This document shows positions 48,286 through 59,245 of a stretch of 64,000 nucleotides of DNA, piece after piece; position 1 is the stretch's first letter; every line of letters starts with the position of its first letter. Origin of the DNA: Mobula hypostoma (lineage: Eukaryota); NCBI RefSeq assembly GCF_963921235.1, contig NC_086118.1:17920001-17984000 (forward strand), given 5' to 3'. The notes beneath the pieces were generated by a model. The model made no database searches, was not told the origin of the DNA, and was given only the letters and a program-made list of their open reading frames with translations. Made by a program: the position numbers and the translations under genes.

Positions 48286-51085
48286 GAACCATAGAACACT
48301 ACAGCACAGAAAACAGGCCATTTGGCCTTTCTAATTGGTACCGAAACTTTATTCCACTAGTCCCATTGACCTGCGCCCAGTCCATAACCCTCCAGACCTC
48401 TCCCACCCATGTATCTATCCAATTTATTCTTAAAACTTAAGAGTGAGCCCGCATTTACCACGTCAGATGGCAGCTCATCCCACACTCCCACAACTCTCTG
48501 AGTGAAGAAGTTCCCCCTAATGTTCCCCCAAACCTTTCCCCTTTCAACCTAAAGGCATGTTCTCTCGTATTTATCTCTCCTAACCTCATGGAAAGAGCCC
48601 AAATCCCTCTTCAAACTATGAAAGCCTTCCTCGCTGTCCACAATGCCTCCAATCTTAGTGTCATCAGCAAACTTGCTGATCCAATTTACCACATTATCAT
48701 CTAGAACATTGATATAGACAGCAAACAACAATGATCCCAGCACAGATCCCCGAGGCGCATCACTAGTCACAGGCCTCCAGTCTGAGAAGCAATCATCCAC
48801 TACCACTCTCTGTCTTCTCCCACACAGCCAATTTCGAATCCAGTTTACAACCTCTCCATGGATACCTAGTGTCTGAACCTTCTGAACTAATCTCCCATGT
48901 GGGACCTTGTCAAAAGCCTTACTAAAGTCCATGTAGACAAGATCCACAGCCTTTCTTTCATCTACTTTCTTGGTAACCTCCTTGAAAAACTCTACCAGAT
49001 TCATTAAACACGATCTACCACGCACAAAGCCATGCTGACTATCCCTAATCAGCCCTTGGCTGTCCAAATACTTGTATATCCGATCTCTCAGAACACCTTC
49101 CAATAATTTACCTACTACTGATGTCAGGCTCACTGGCCTGTAATTATCTGGTTTATTTTTGGAGCCTTTTTTAAACAACAGAACAACATGAGCTACCCTC
49201 CAATCCTCCAGCACTGCACCCGTGGCTAAGGACATTTTAAATATTTCTGCCAGGGCCCCTCCAATTTCTACACTAGTCTCTCTGAAGGTCTGAGGAAATA
49301 TCATGTCAGGCCCAGGGGAATTATCTACCTTTATTCACTGTAAGGCAGCAAGCATCTCCTCCTCTTTAATCTCTATATGTTCCATGACACTACTGATTGT
49401 TTCCCTTCCTTCCATATATGCTATGCCAGTTTCCTGAGTAAATACTAATGCAAAAAAAAACTGTTTAAGATCTCCCCCATCTTGTGAGGCTCCACACATA
49501 GACAACCACTCTGATCTTCTAGGGGACCAATTTTGTCCCTTACTATCCTTTTACTCTTAATATACTTGTAGAAACCCTTCGGGTTTACCTTCACATTATT
49601 TGCCAAATCAACCTCATCTTCTTTTTGCCTTGCTGATTTCCTTCTTTAGTATTTTCTTACATTTTCTGTACTCTACAAGTACCTTATTTGTTCTTTGTTG
49701 CCTATACCTGCTGTACACCTCTCTCTTTTTCTTAACCAGATCGCCAATATCCCTTGAAAACCAAGGTTCCCTATGCATGTTAACTTTGCCTTTAATCCTG
49801 GCAGGAACCTGCAAACTCTGCACTCTCAAAATTTCGCCTTTGAAGGCCTTCCACTTACTGAACACACCCTTGCCAGAAAACAACTTATCCCAATCCACTC
49901 TTCCTAGATCCTTGCAACACACAGAAAATGCTGGTGGAATATGCATTCCACAAACATTTTGTGTGTGTTGCTTGAATTTCCAGCATCTGCAGGTTTCCTC
50001 GTGTTTGCGTTCCTAGATCCTTTCTCATTTCCACAAAATTGGCCCTTCTCCAATTTAGAACCTCAACTCGAGGACCAGACCTATCCTTATCCATAATTAA
50101 CTTGAAACCAATGACATTATGGTCACTGGACCCAAAATGTTCACCTACACATACTTCTATCACCTGACCTGTCTGGTTCCCTAATAGGAGATCAAGTATT
50201 GCATCCTCTCTCGTAGGTACCTGTATATATTGATTTAGAAAACTTTCCTGAACACATTTGGCAATCTCCAAGCCATCTAGCCCTTTCACAGTGTGGGAGT
50301 CCCAGTCAATATGTGGAAAGTTAAAGTCCCTTACTATTACAACTTTCTGTTTCTTACATTGGTTTGCTATCTCTCTACAGATTTGCTCCTCCAATTCTCT
50401 CTGACTATTGGGCGGTTTATATTACAACCCTATTAGTGTGGTCACACCTTTCCCGTTCCTCAGCTCCACCCATATGGCCTCTGTAGACAAGCCCTCTGGG
50501 CTGTCCTGTCGATGCACAGCTGTGAGATTTTCCCTGACTAGTAATGCCACTCCTCCCCCTCTATCACATCTGCAACAACGGAACCCCGGAAAATTAAACT
50601 GCCAGTCCTGCCCCTCCTGCAGCCAAGTCTCACTAAAGGTAATAATGTCGTAATCCCACGTGCCAGTCCAAACCTTTGATTTCTGTCTATACATGCAGTC
50701 TTTATCCTCCTCCACCTCACTATTTGTTCCCCTCCCCCTGCAAATCTAGTTTAAACCCCCTGGAGCAGTACTAGCAAATCTACCCGCCAGGATGTTAGTC
50801 CCCCTCCAGTTCAGGTGCAAACTGTCCTGTTGGAACAGGCCCCACCTTCCCTGGAATAAAGTCCAATTGTCTAGAAACATGAAGCCCTCCCTCCTGCACC
50901 ATCTTCTTAGCCACGTATTTAGTTGCATTATCTTCCTATATCTAGCCTCACTAGCACGTGGCTCGGGTAGCAATCCTGAGATTGCAAGCCTGGAGGTCCT
51001 GTCCTTCAACTTTGCACCTAACTCCCTAAAATCTCTTTGCAGGACCTCCTCCTCCTTCCTATCCACGTCATTGGTCCCCACATCT
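48286..51085 (-). mobile_element. CR1 LINE (esterase ORF1 end, APE, RT, internally deleted 3' part) inserted in the Rex1 (TTA)n tract
   Basis: GTNDV...DSLHL SGNH esterase, SETWL, DFNFPHIDW, QHGFVRGRSC, FADDTK; (CTATGGTT) tail at 48286. Confidence 0.93.
49914..50009 (+). mobile_element. 96-bp minimal fold-back Penelope insertion
   Basis: 13-bp TSD ttcctagatcctt (49901-49913 / 50010-50022). Inverted 27-bp arms around atgc, followed by the complete pLTR terminus. Confidence 0.9.
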
Positions 51086-51088
51086 GGC

Positions 51089-51119
<31 letters not shown>

Positions 51120-52414
51120 GTTGTTCTTTATCTTATTGTGTTTTGCTTTTGTACTGCATCAGAGCCAGAGTAACAATTATTTTGTTGTGCTTTACACTTG
51201 TGCACTGGAAATGACAGTAAACGATGTTGTATTGTTATTCTTGTCCTTGTCTGTCATTTTTTAGCCCATTTTCCCAGCCTTTCCAGATCGCTTTAATTTG
51301 ATCCGCCACACCGCCCATCTTGGTGTCACCCATAGATTTCCTAATCCAGTTTACCACATCAATATCTAAACCATTAATATAGATGTTGAACAATAGAACA
51401 GCATCACTCCCTGTGGCACACCACTATTCACAGGCCTCCAATCAGAGAGACCACCATCTACTATCAAGCTTCAGTCACTCCCCCCTAAACCAACATTTAG
51501 TTCAATTGACTGCTTGATCCTCTTGCTTTACCCTTCCCCTCACTTCTTTATACTGGTTATCTCCCCTCTACTCTTTAACCCTTCTGAAGGATCTAAAACC
51601 AAAACATGGACTGTCCATTTTGCTCCACAGATGTTGCCTGACTCTTGTGCTCCTCCAGTATCTTGTTTGTTACTCTAGATTCCAGCATATGAACCCACTG
51701 GTGTCGATAGTAATTTCAAAAGTAAGAAGATGACAGTTCTTTCCTCTGCTGTATTTGTTGGCCATCCTTAGTTCAAAGTATTGTTATTCTTTGTGAGATA
51801 GATTACTTGTCACTTTCACTATATTTGATCTTGCCACCAGTTCCACAGTACTTTCTCTAAAATCATTTTTCCCTCACTGTCTTGTCTTCACAATCACAAG
51901 GTAATAATCCCTAGTGGACAATCCAGTTTACCTATGTTTATATTGTGTTTTTCTAGAAACCTACCTCAGTGGCTTACATTTATTATATATATATTTATAC
52001 GTGTATATATTAACACTTGCAAGTAACTCCATACCAATCTGATCCAATGCCTGATCATTCTAACTTCTGAAAGCTATTCAAAAGTAAATTGTGGAAAACT
52101 TATTATTTATTTTGTTGTAAAAATAAAATCAGTAATTTAACAAATATTAAGATATTCTGGCAAAAGGGTTATAATTTGCTGCTTTTCTTTTGGGACTCCT
52201 TACAGACTGCCTTGCTACCTAGAATTTCAGTTTGTGAAGCAAAACATGGCAGGGATCTAGTCATTTTTATTGCTCAACTTAAACAATTATATTTCCACCG
52301 TCTTCATCTCTTCTAAGTATTGATTTCAGCAGTCGAGATAAGATACTGATAGCTTTTGCTTATGCCATTTGAACTGCTATTCATTCTATCATAATATTGG
52401 ATAAATATACCTGA

Positions 52415-52694
52415 GCACGTCTACAAGGAGCATTGCCCCAGGAAATCATTGTCCGGCAGCAAGGACCCCACCTTCCAGGACATGCTCTTTTGTTGTTGTT
52501 ACCATTGGGAAGGAGGTTCAGGAACTTTAGGTCCTATTCCATCAGGTTCAGGAACAGTTATTACCCTTTAACCATTAGGCTCCTGAACCAGTGTGGATAA
52601 ATTCAATCACCTCAATTCTGACCTGATTCCACAACTTATGAACTCACTTTCAAGGAATCTACAGCTCATGTTCTCTGTGTGTGTGTGTGTGTGT

Positions 52695-52739
<45 letters not shown>

Positions 52740-52880
52740 GTCTTCTTATGGACTTTGGTTGTTTGTCAGTTTGTATTTCTCTGTTCTACTGTGATTGCCT
52801 GCAAGAAAATGAATCTAAAGGTAGTATATGGTGACACATATTGTACATACTTCAATAATACATTCACTTTGAACTTTGAA
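52415..52880 (+). mobile_element. Rex1/L2-type LINE 3' end containing a (TG)n(CA)n microsatellite (52676-52735)
   Basis: KDP..PGHAL..LLP.GRR-like end and (ACTTTGA)n tail. Confidence 0.7.
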
Positions 52881-53044
52881 AATAGTCTCACTGTATGTGA
52901 TTGAATGCTGACTACACAGTGTTTTCTCCTCTTCTCCTATGTCTAGCAGATGTGAACGAGCTTATTTAAATACACTAATGCTTCCATTGAAATGCCACAT
53001 AAGAGAATGTATTGTATACGTGCATTATGTACGTGATTAATAGT

Positions 53045-53331
53045 TATTTATTTATTGAGATACAGTACGGAGTAAGCCCTTCCGGCTCTTTGAGCCAAGC
53101 TGCCCAGCCACTCCCGATTTAATCCCAGCCTAATCATGGGATAATTCACAATGACAAATTAGCCTCACAAGCAGATTGTCATTGGCCTGAGGGAGAGAAA
53201 CTGGAGCACCCGGAGGAAACGCACACAGTCGTGGGGAGAACGTGGAAACTCCTTACAGGCAGTGGCGGGAATTGAACCCAGGTCGCCTGTACTGTAAAGC
53301 ATTGTGCTAACCACTACGTTGCTGTGCCACC
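53045..53331 (-). mobile_element. tRNA-derived V-SINE (HE1-like)
   Basis: Minus strand has A box gtagtggttagc, B box gggttcaattccc, V domain GTTTCCTCCGGGTGCTCCAGTTTC and a (TAAA)n tail. Confidence 0.88.
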
Positions 53332-54484
53332 CTGTACATACACTAATATTTGGAAAGCCTAATTTCTAATAAGTGTTTCTCTTCAAGCATTTCAAAACTG
53401 AACAGTGTTCCTTCTTTCATTATATTGCATAGAACTGTTATTCCTTTAGCTGTCCAGTCCTTAAATCTAGCATCCAGTTTATTCCACATAAAATCAGAGT
53501 CATACGCACACCATTTAAGAATTACAATATCTCCCTCTAGTTTATATTCTTTTATAATAGTTTTCTATATTTTAAGAGTCCATTTCACCCATGGGTTATC
53601 AGTAGTATTTATATAACTTTGTAGGTTGTTATTAGCCAAAATTGCCTGTATGGGGATGGAAGGTATCGTCTCTTCAATGTTTTTCCATTGAGCGTCATAT
53701 GATGGGTTGCACCAGCATATCACAACTCTCATCTCTGTTGCAAAATAATAATCTCAAGGAGAAGGTAGGCTTCATCCCCCCCTTTTCCATGGGGAAAACC
53801 TAATTTCAAGTCTTTAATTTCCAGGTGTTACGTTTTTAAATAAGTTAAATTGGAACTCAGTACAGTTTCCAAATTTAGTTTATAGAATTGTTCTGGAAAT
53901 ATACACTATAAAATAGTATTATTTGGAATTGTTAAAATAACACCTGGAGGTGTAGGTTATTGACTAGGTAAAGGAAAATCAATATTTCTCATTCCAACCT
54001 GTCATCTGATCACAGGGTACATTCAGATATATAGAGATACACAAGACAACCTTAGCTCAGCCATCTATAAAGATCACACACTCTCCTATTAAGTGTCCAA
54101 CTGTTTCTTCACTAACTCTACAATAGTCCATTCCAGAGATTGATTATTTTTCTTACAAAAATAGCTCCATGACATCAGCTCTGAACTAAGTTTTTACAAT
54201 CTTGAATTTCATAAAGTGAGTGAGTTCATAAAGTGAGTTCACCTCGTCCTTAGCACTTACCACTTTCAACGTTACAAGGTTGCCTCTCAGTCACCTCATT
54301 ACTCAAGTCTTCTGATGTTAAACATCAACATTTTCACTGAATTGTTTTTGGGAGATGGGGGTTAGGAGCTAGGGCAGTGTGTGAGCATGTATGTTTATTC
54401 AGAAATACCTATGGCTAAATTTTGTTGATTGGTAGAATGGATATATTGAACATTGCTCCATAATCCTGTGAGATTAAGTTATTA

Positions 54485-54619
54485 AGTCTTGATGAAGAGT
54501 CTTGACTGAAAAGTGTCGAATGTTTGCTCTTTTCCATTGATACTGCCTGGCCTGCTGAGTTCCTCCAGCATTTTGTATGTGTTGCTTAGATTTCCAGCAT
54601 CTGTGGATTTTCTCCTGTT
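54485..54619 (+). mobile_element. Penelope pLTR terminus beginning at a decayed hammerhead
   Basis: agtc ttgatga a gagt cttg actg aaaag, followed by gcctggcctgctgagttcctccagcattttg...ttccagcatctg. Confidence 0.75.
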
Positions 54620-54620
54620 A

Positions 54621-54980
54621 GATTTATGTTTTATTAGACTGATATCTTTGGCTAAGTATTATCTTGCATGTTCTCCTTGTATCCAGTGTTAAATATTGTA
54701 TGCTCCATTCCACGCCATTTTTCTGTCCAGTTAAATATGCAGTTCATTTTAATGTTTCCAGGATTCAGCAACCTTTACTGTCCTCAATCTCATTTGGTCA
54801 GATTTATGTTTTATTAGACTGATATCTTTGGCTAAGTATTATCTTGCATGTTCTCCTTGTATCCAGTGTTAAATATTGTATGCTCCATTCCACGCCATTT
54901 TTCTGTCCAGTTAAATATGCAGTTCATTTTAATGTTTCCAGGATTCAGCAACCTTTACTGTCCTCAATCTCATTTGGTCA
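54621..54980. repeat. Exact 180-bp tandem duplication
   Basis: 54621-54800 is identical to 54801-54980, with ag microhomology at the junction. Confidence 0.95.
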
Positions 54981-56264
54981 GTAACTTCGACTGTTCTTTA
55001 TTAATCAAATTAACCAAATCCTATAAATTAGACCTTCTTTCAAAAATGAATGCCAATAATAAATACCAGAAATAAGAAATAAATATAGCAACCTCAAGAA
55101 ATTCTCAGCATGTCAGACACCTTCTGTGGAGAAAAACAAAGTTTGTCGGTTGATGATTAAACCTATTTTATGTTAAATAAAAAGGTTAAATAGTTAAATT
55201 AAACAATTAAAATAGTAGTTTGGGAGAAGAGAGAGACTTAAAGGGTGGAGATCAAGAAAAATTGATTGACACTAGTGTTGGTGGTACTGGCTGAGAGGAG
55301 GTGGCGAAGACTTGTTAACTGCAGCAGAAAGCAGTGGGCAAGATGATGCTAGCAATATATGATGTTGTTTTCCAGCCAGCCCACAAAACTACCAGCTTTT
55401 CTATTAAATATTCTTCTTCTGGAGTACGATCACTGCACACTGCAGCCTGCAGCCTGCAACCTTTAATTTCCCTTTGGGAGGCACGCTCTTGAACTGTCTG
55501 GCAGTTTTTGCAGTCCCCTGAAGGATTCGGTGAACTGAATTCTTGAGAATGCAGGTAACAGTGTAGCAGCCATTGTTGGACTGGACATCAGGTCAGGCCC
55601 GAAAGCAGAAAATGCACTAATGCTTAGTCAAAATAAGCACCAAGCTGGATTCAAAAGATTAAGTCTGCGAGGCCGAGGATGGTGAATGAACCAGTCTTCA
55701 GCTCCACCCTCGACAATGTCAGCTAAGATCCCCGCACTTTACTTCATCCTTTCTGCCTAGGTGTGATCCATTTCCCTCTCTTCTCACTGCGGTCATTGGG
55801 TGGGTAGTGCAGGAGTCTTGGGTCCACGCCACCAGGTTTGGGAGTAGTTGCTGCCCTGCAACCATCAGGGATCACTCACCTCAGCCCCAAACAGGCTCCG
55901 TGGCCATGCACTCACTTTTGGGGATTCTGTATTTCATGTTCTGAGTATTATTTACGTTTTCTTAATTGTTTGCACGATTTGGTCTTTTTTTTGATGCATT
56001 GGATGTTTGTTGGTCTTGGTTGTGCAGGTTTTTGTACATTCTATTGTGTTTCTTTGTTTTGTGGCTGCTTACAAGAAGATGAATTTCCAGTTTGTAGATG
56101 GCATACATACTTTGATAACAAATTTATTTTAAAACTTTGAATCACCTGAAAGAACAGAAAAAGAAGGAGTTGAAAGACAAAGTAAGCTCTGGTGGGCGGA
56201 GGGAGCAGCGGGAAGCAGTACTGAAACCATGAAATATAAAACATTGCAGTTCATGAAAATAAAG

Positions 56265-56900
56265 TCATAGTCACCTGAGTTATACAGCATGGAAACAGCC
56301 CTTCCAACCAACTCGTCCAAGTTGTCTATTTAAGCTAGTCCTAATTCCCTATGTTTAGCCAATATCCCTCTAAACCTTACCCAGCCAGGTACCTGTCTCA
56401 ATATTTTAAATGTTGGAATTACACCCGTCTTTATCACTTCTTCTGTTGCTTGCTACATTTATGCACCCCCCCCCCACCCATCTGTATGAAAAAGTTGCTA
56501 CTCAGACCCATTTTAAGTATATCCCCTCTCACCTTAGACCTCTGCTCTCTAATTTTACATTTCTCTACACTGGGAAAAAGACTAACCATTCACTCCATCT
56601 TTACCCCTCATTATTTTATAAACCTCTTGAAGATCACCCTTAGCCCCCTACACTCCAGGGGAAAAAAGGGTCCCAGCTGATTCAGTCTCTCATTTCAGTA
56701 ACTTTCAGATGGATCTTTTCTGCACTCTTTTTAGCTTAATAGCATTCTTCCTAGATCCAGGTGGCCAGAATGGCAGTGTTCCATTGTGTACAGCTTTAAT
56801 GTGGTGTCCCAGCTATTGAAGTCACTGTCCTAACCAATAAAGGCAAGTGTGCCAAACACTTTCTTCATCGTCCTATCTATCTGCGTCTTCATTTTCAGGA
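56265..56900 (-). mobile_element. Decayed CR1 3' fragment
   Basis: Reverse-complement CR1 3' UTR and ORF2 C-terminal sequence. Confidence 0.65.
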
Positions 56901-56929
56901 ATGTACGTACCTGTACCGTCTGATCTAAC

Positions 56930-58045
56930 CAAAGTGAAATAAAAAAGAACTCTGTAGATACTCAGCAGGTCAGACAAAACTTGTGGAAAAATACAAATGG
57001 AGTTAACTTTTGAAAGGTTGGCGACCGTCCACTAGAATTGGCCAGTACATAGAGAAAGTCAGAAGTTGTTGAATTCTGTGTTGAATCATGAGGACAAAGC
57101 AAAGAGAATGAAGTGGGAATAAGCAGCTGGAATTTCTTCTGTATTTTTTTCTTCAGTACAAAGAAGAATGCATAGTAAGGACCAAATTCAGTTCATTAAG
57201 TTGGAGAAAATACAAGTGTTTCCCCTGAAAGGCAGAGCGTTCAGTTCTCTGGTGATGGGAAAGGAAGAAGTCAAAAGGCAGCAATGGTTGTATCATGGGG
57301 AATGGACGTTTGTGGAAATGGAAGGCTGAACCAGATCATCGTAGAGTGAATTTATCCTTCATGATGTTGAAATGTGAGGGAGGAAATATCTATATCGTGG
57401 CAATATGTTAGAGGTGGTGGAATTTACAGAGGATGATTCATTGCAAGTGGAAGCTGGTGGGGCGAGAGCTGAGGACAAGGTGAACCCAGTCCTTGCTCTG
57501 GCTGGAATTGAAGTGGTGAAAAAAGAAGTTCGGGAGTTCGAACAGATATTGTTAAAGAGCACCCCAACACTGAATTGGATAATTGCTGATAACCATCCTG
57601 CCAAGTTGGCTTCATTTCTTTCCCTCTCTGTGCATGCTGCCTGATCTGATGAGCTTTTCCAGCATTTCCTTTCATTTCAGGTTTCCAGTATCTGGAAAAA
57701 TCTGCATCTCATGTTTCCAGTGTGGGTGTACTTTGTCTAGAGAAGTCAAATCCAATGAACAACCCTTCACACTCTCTCATTTGCATCAGTAGAAATTGTG
57801 GCATTTAGTCTCCATCTTTATTCTATTGTGGACATTCTGTTTGTTTCCTCCACACCTCTCCCTACTCAGATAAGTAAAATATGTTTGATTTCTATTATTC
57901 CTCATTCTGATGTCAATACATCATGATGAAACATTACCCCTTCTTCCTCCCCCTCCCCCCGCAAGAGATGCTGCATAACCTGTTGAGTACCTCTAGCACA
58001 GATTTAATGCATTTATTTCATGTTTCCAGTGTTTAGGTCTTGCTT
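56930..58045. mobile_element. Cluster of old Penelope pLTR fragments in both orientations
   Basis: Degenerate atgctgcctga.ctg.tgag...tccagca motifs at about 56950-56975 (-), 57634-57695 (+) and 57967-58030 (+). Confidence 0.5.
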
Positions 58046-58992
58046 TTTCATTTGGGAATAAACTTTGGGCTGCTATTGAATAAAACCATTGTGTGAGTGA
58101 TATTCTGACTGGAAAAAAAATATTTTGGCAGTTTTAACTTGAACCATCCTTCATTTAATAAAATTAAGTTTGAAGTAATATTGATAATCTGTCAGTAGCA
58201 TATTTATTTAATAATCATATTATCTATAATGCTTGCTCTTCTGCAGAGAGAGCATCATTAATTTCTACTCTCAGGTCCAATTTGGAGTGATGAAAATTAG
58301 CCTCAGGAGTCTGGTATTAAGATCAAATTTAAGATATTGATGTGAACTGGCTTCCTGATGTGGAACCTCCCAGATATTCGCAAAGATGTTGAAATAAACA
58401 AAGGTTTTTGGTGTGTGCTCCATGATGCTACATTGTCTGGTTTTCATTGAGAAGGTGTTTCTTATGTGTTGTGAATATCTGGCATGGGACAGAATAGAAA
58501 TAGCAGTAAAGGCTTGGCATCAAGTGCCACACTCCTTTCCTGAAGAAAGAACCTCTAAGAAATAGCGTAACTTGCTTTAAACACTTGTCTGTGGCAATAA
58601 TTTGACATCCATCTGACTTTGACTGAACTGTGGACAAGCAGAGCAATCTTTACTGAGTAAGTAATGCCACAATGGAGAGGGAGAGGGAAAGAGAGAGAGC
58701 GAGAATGATGACAGTTTTACCTTTCGAATATGCCAAGTTCTATCTGTGTAAGTGAGCATGGAGTCAGAGTTGGGTGGGCCTAATTGCAATTATGATTTAA
58801 TTACAGTTGTTTCTGCTTTGAATTTCAGTCCAGCTTAATGGATTCTGTTTGGAAATGAGAATTTTATATATAAAAGTCCAACATACGATTTATTATTTTT
58901 TTGAATGATGTTTAAAGCTTATTTTACTTCTATGCATTTTGTGGATCCATTCTTGCCAGGCCTACTCTTTCCCATTCTGCATTTGTTCATAG

Positions 58993-59245
58993 ATTTTGTA
59001 TGCCACAGTCCTGAGGAGTTATTGGATTGCCCAGAGTGAGAGAGAGTTCAAAAGAAGTGAGGGGGGCTAAGTCACATATTTTGTGTGCCACAGACCCAAG
59101 GAATCATTGGATTGTGTAGAAGGAGAGAGAGTTTAAAAGAAGTGAGTGGGGGTAGTGAGCATATTTTGTGCCCCTCAGTTTTTGAGGAGACATTGGATTG
59201 CACAGAGTTATGCAATGGCAAGATTCAATAAAAAGAAGTTAGGTT
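58993..59245 (+). repeat. About 3 copies of an 85-bp monomer upstream of a CR1 5'UTR
   Basis: attttgt.tgcc...attggattg units start at 58993, 59078 and 59163. Confidence 0.85.

Larger units (their letters stand above)
45256..51251 (+). mobile_element. Near full-length decayed Rex1/Babar LINE
   Basis: IVGDFNH, KAA.PDNIPG, FKSATIIPVPK...RPMTLMPITMKCFE, TGASQGCVLSP.LY.L.TH.C, KFTDD. 3' UTR resumes at 51086. TSD tgtcatttt 45247-45255 / 51252-51260. Confidence 0.85.
44409..51518 (-). mobile_element. CR1 RT/3' portion (44409-45255 and 51261-51518), split by Rex1
   Basis: Tail at 44409 (atagagcac). RT sequence is collinear across the Rex1 insertion. A small extra CR1 tail fragment sits at about 44864-45067. 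Confidence 0.72.
44255..51705 (+). mobile_element. Old Penelope pLTR split into 44255-44408 and about 51519-51705 by nested insertions
   Basis: Pyrimidine-rich pLTR sequence (...acttgctagctc | tcttgctttacc...) continues into a degenerate hammerhead (about 51582-51612) and the cagatgttgcctg...ttccagcat terminus. Confidence 0.65.

Noticed and set aside
48549..49304. 251-aa RT ORF
   Set aside because: Fragment of an internally deleted, frameshifted CR1.
57359..57675. Overlapping ORFs of about 80 aa
   Set aside because: They lie in decayed Penelope-derived sequence, with no splice or protein-family support.
58993..59245. CRISPR-like repeat-spacer array
   Set aside because: The units are similar along their whole length with no unique spacers, the context is vertebrate, and there are no cas genes.
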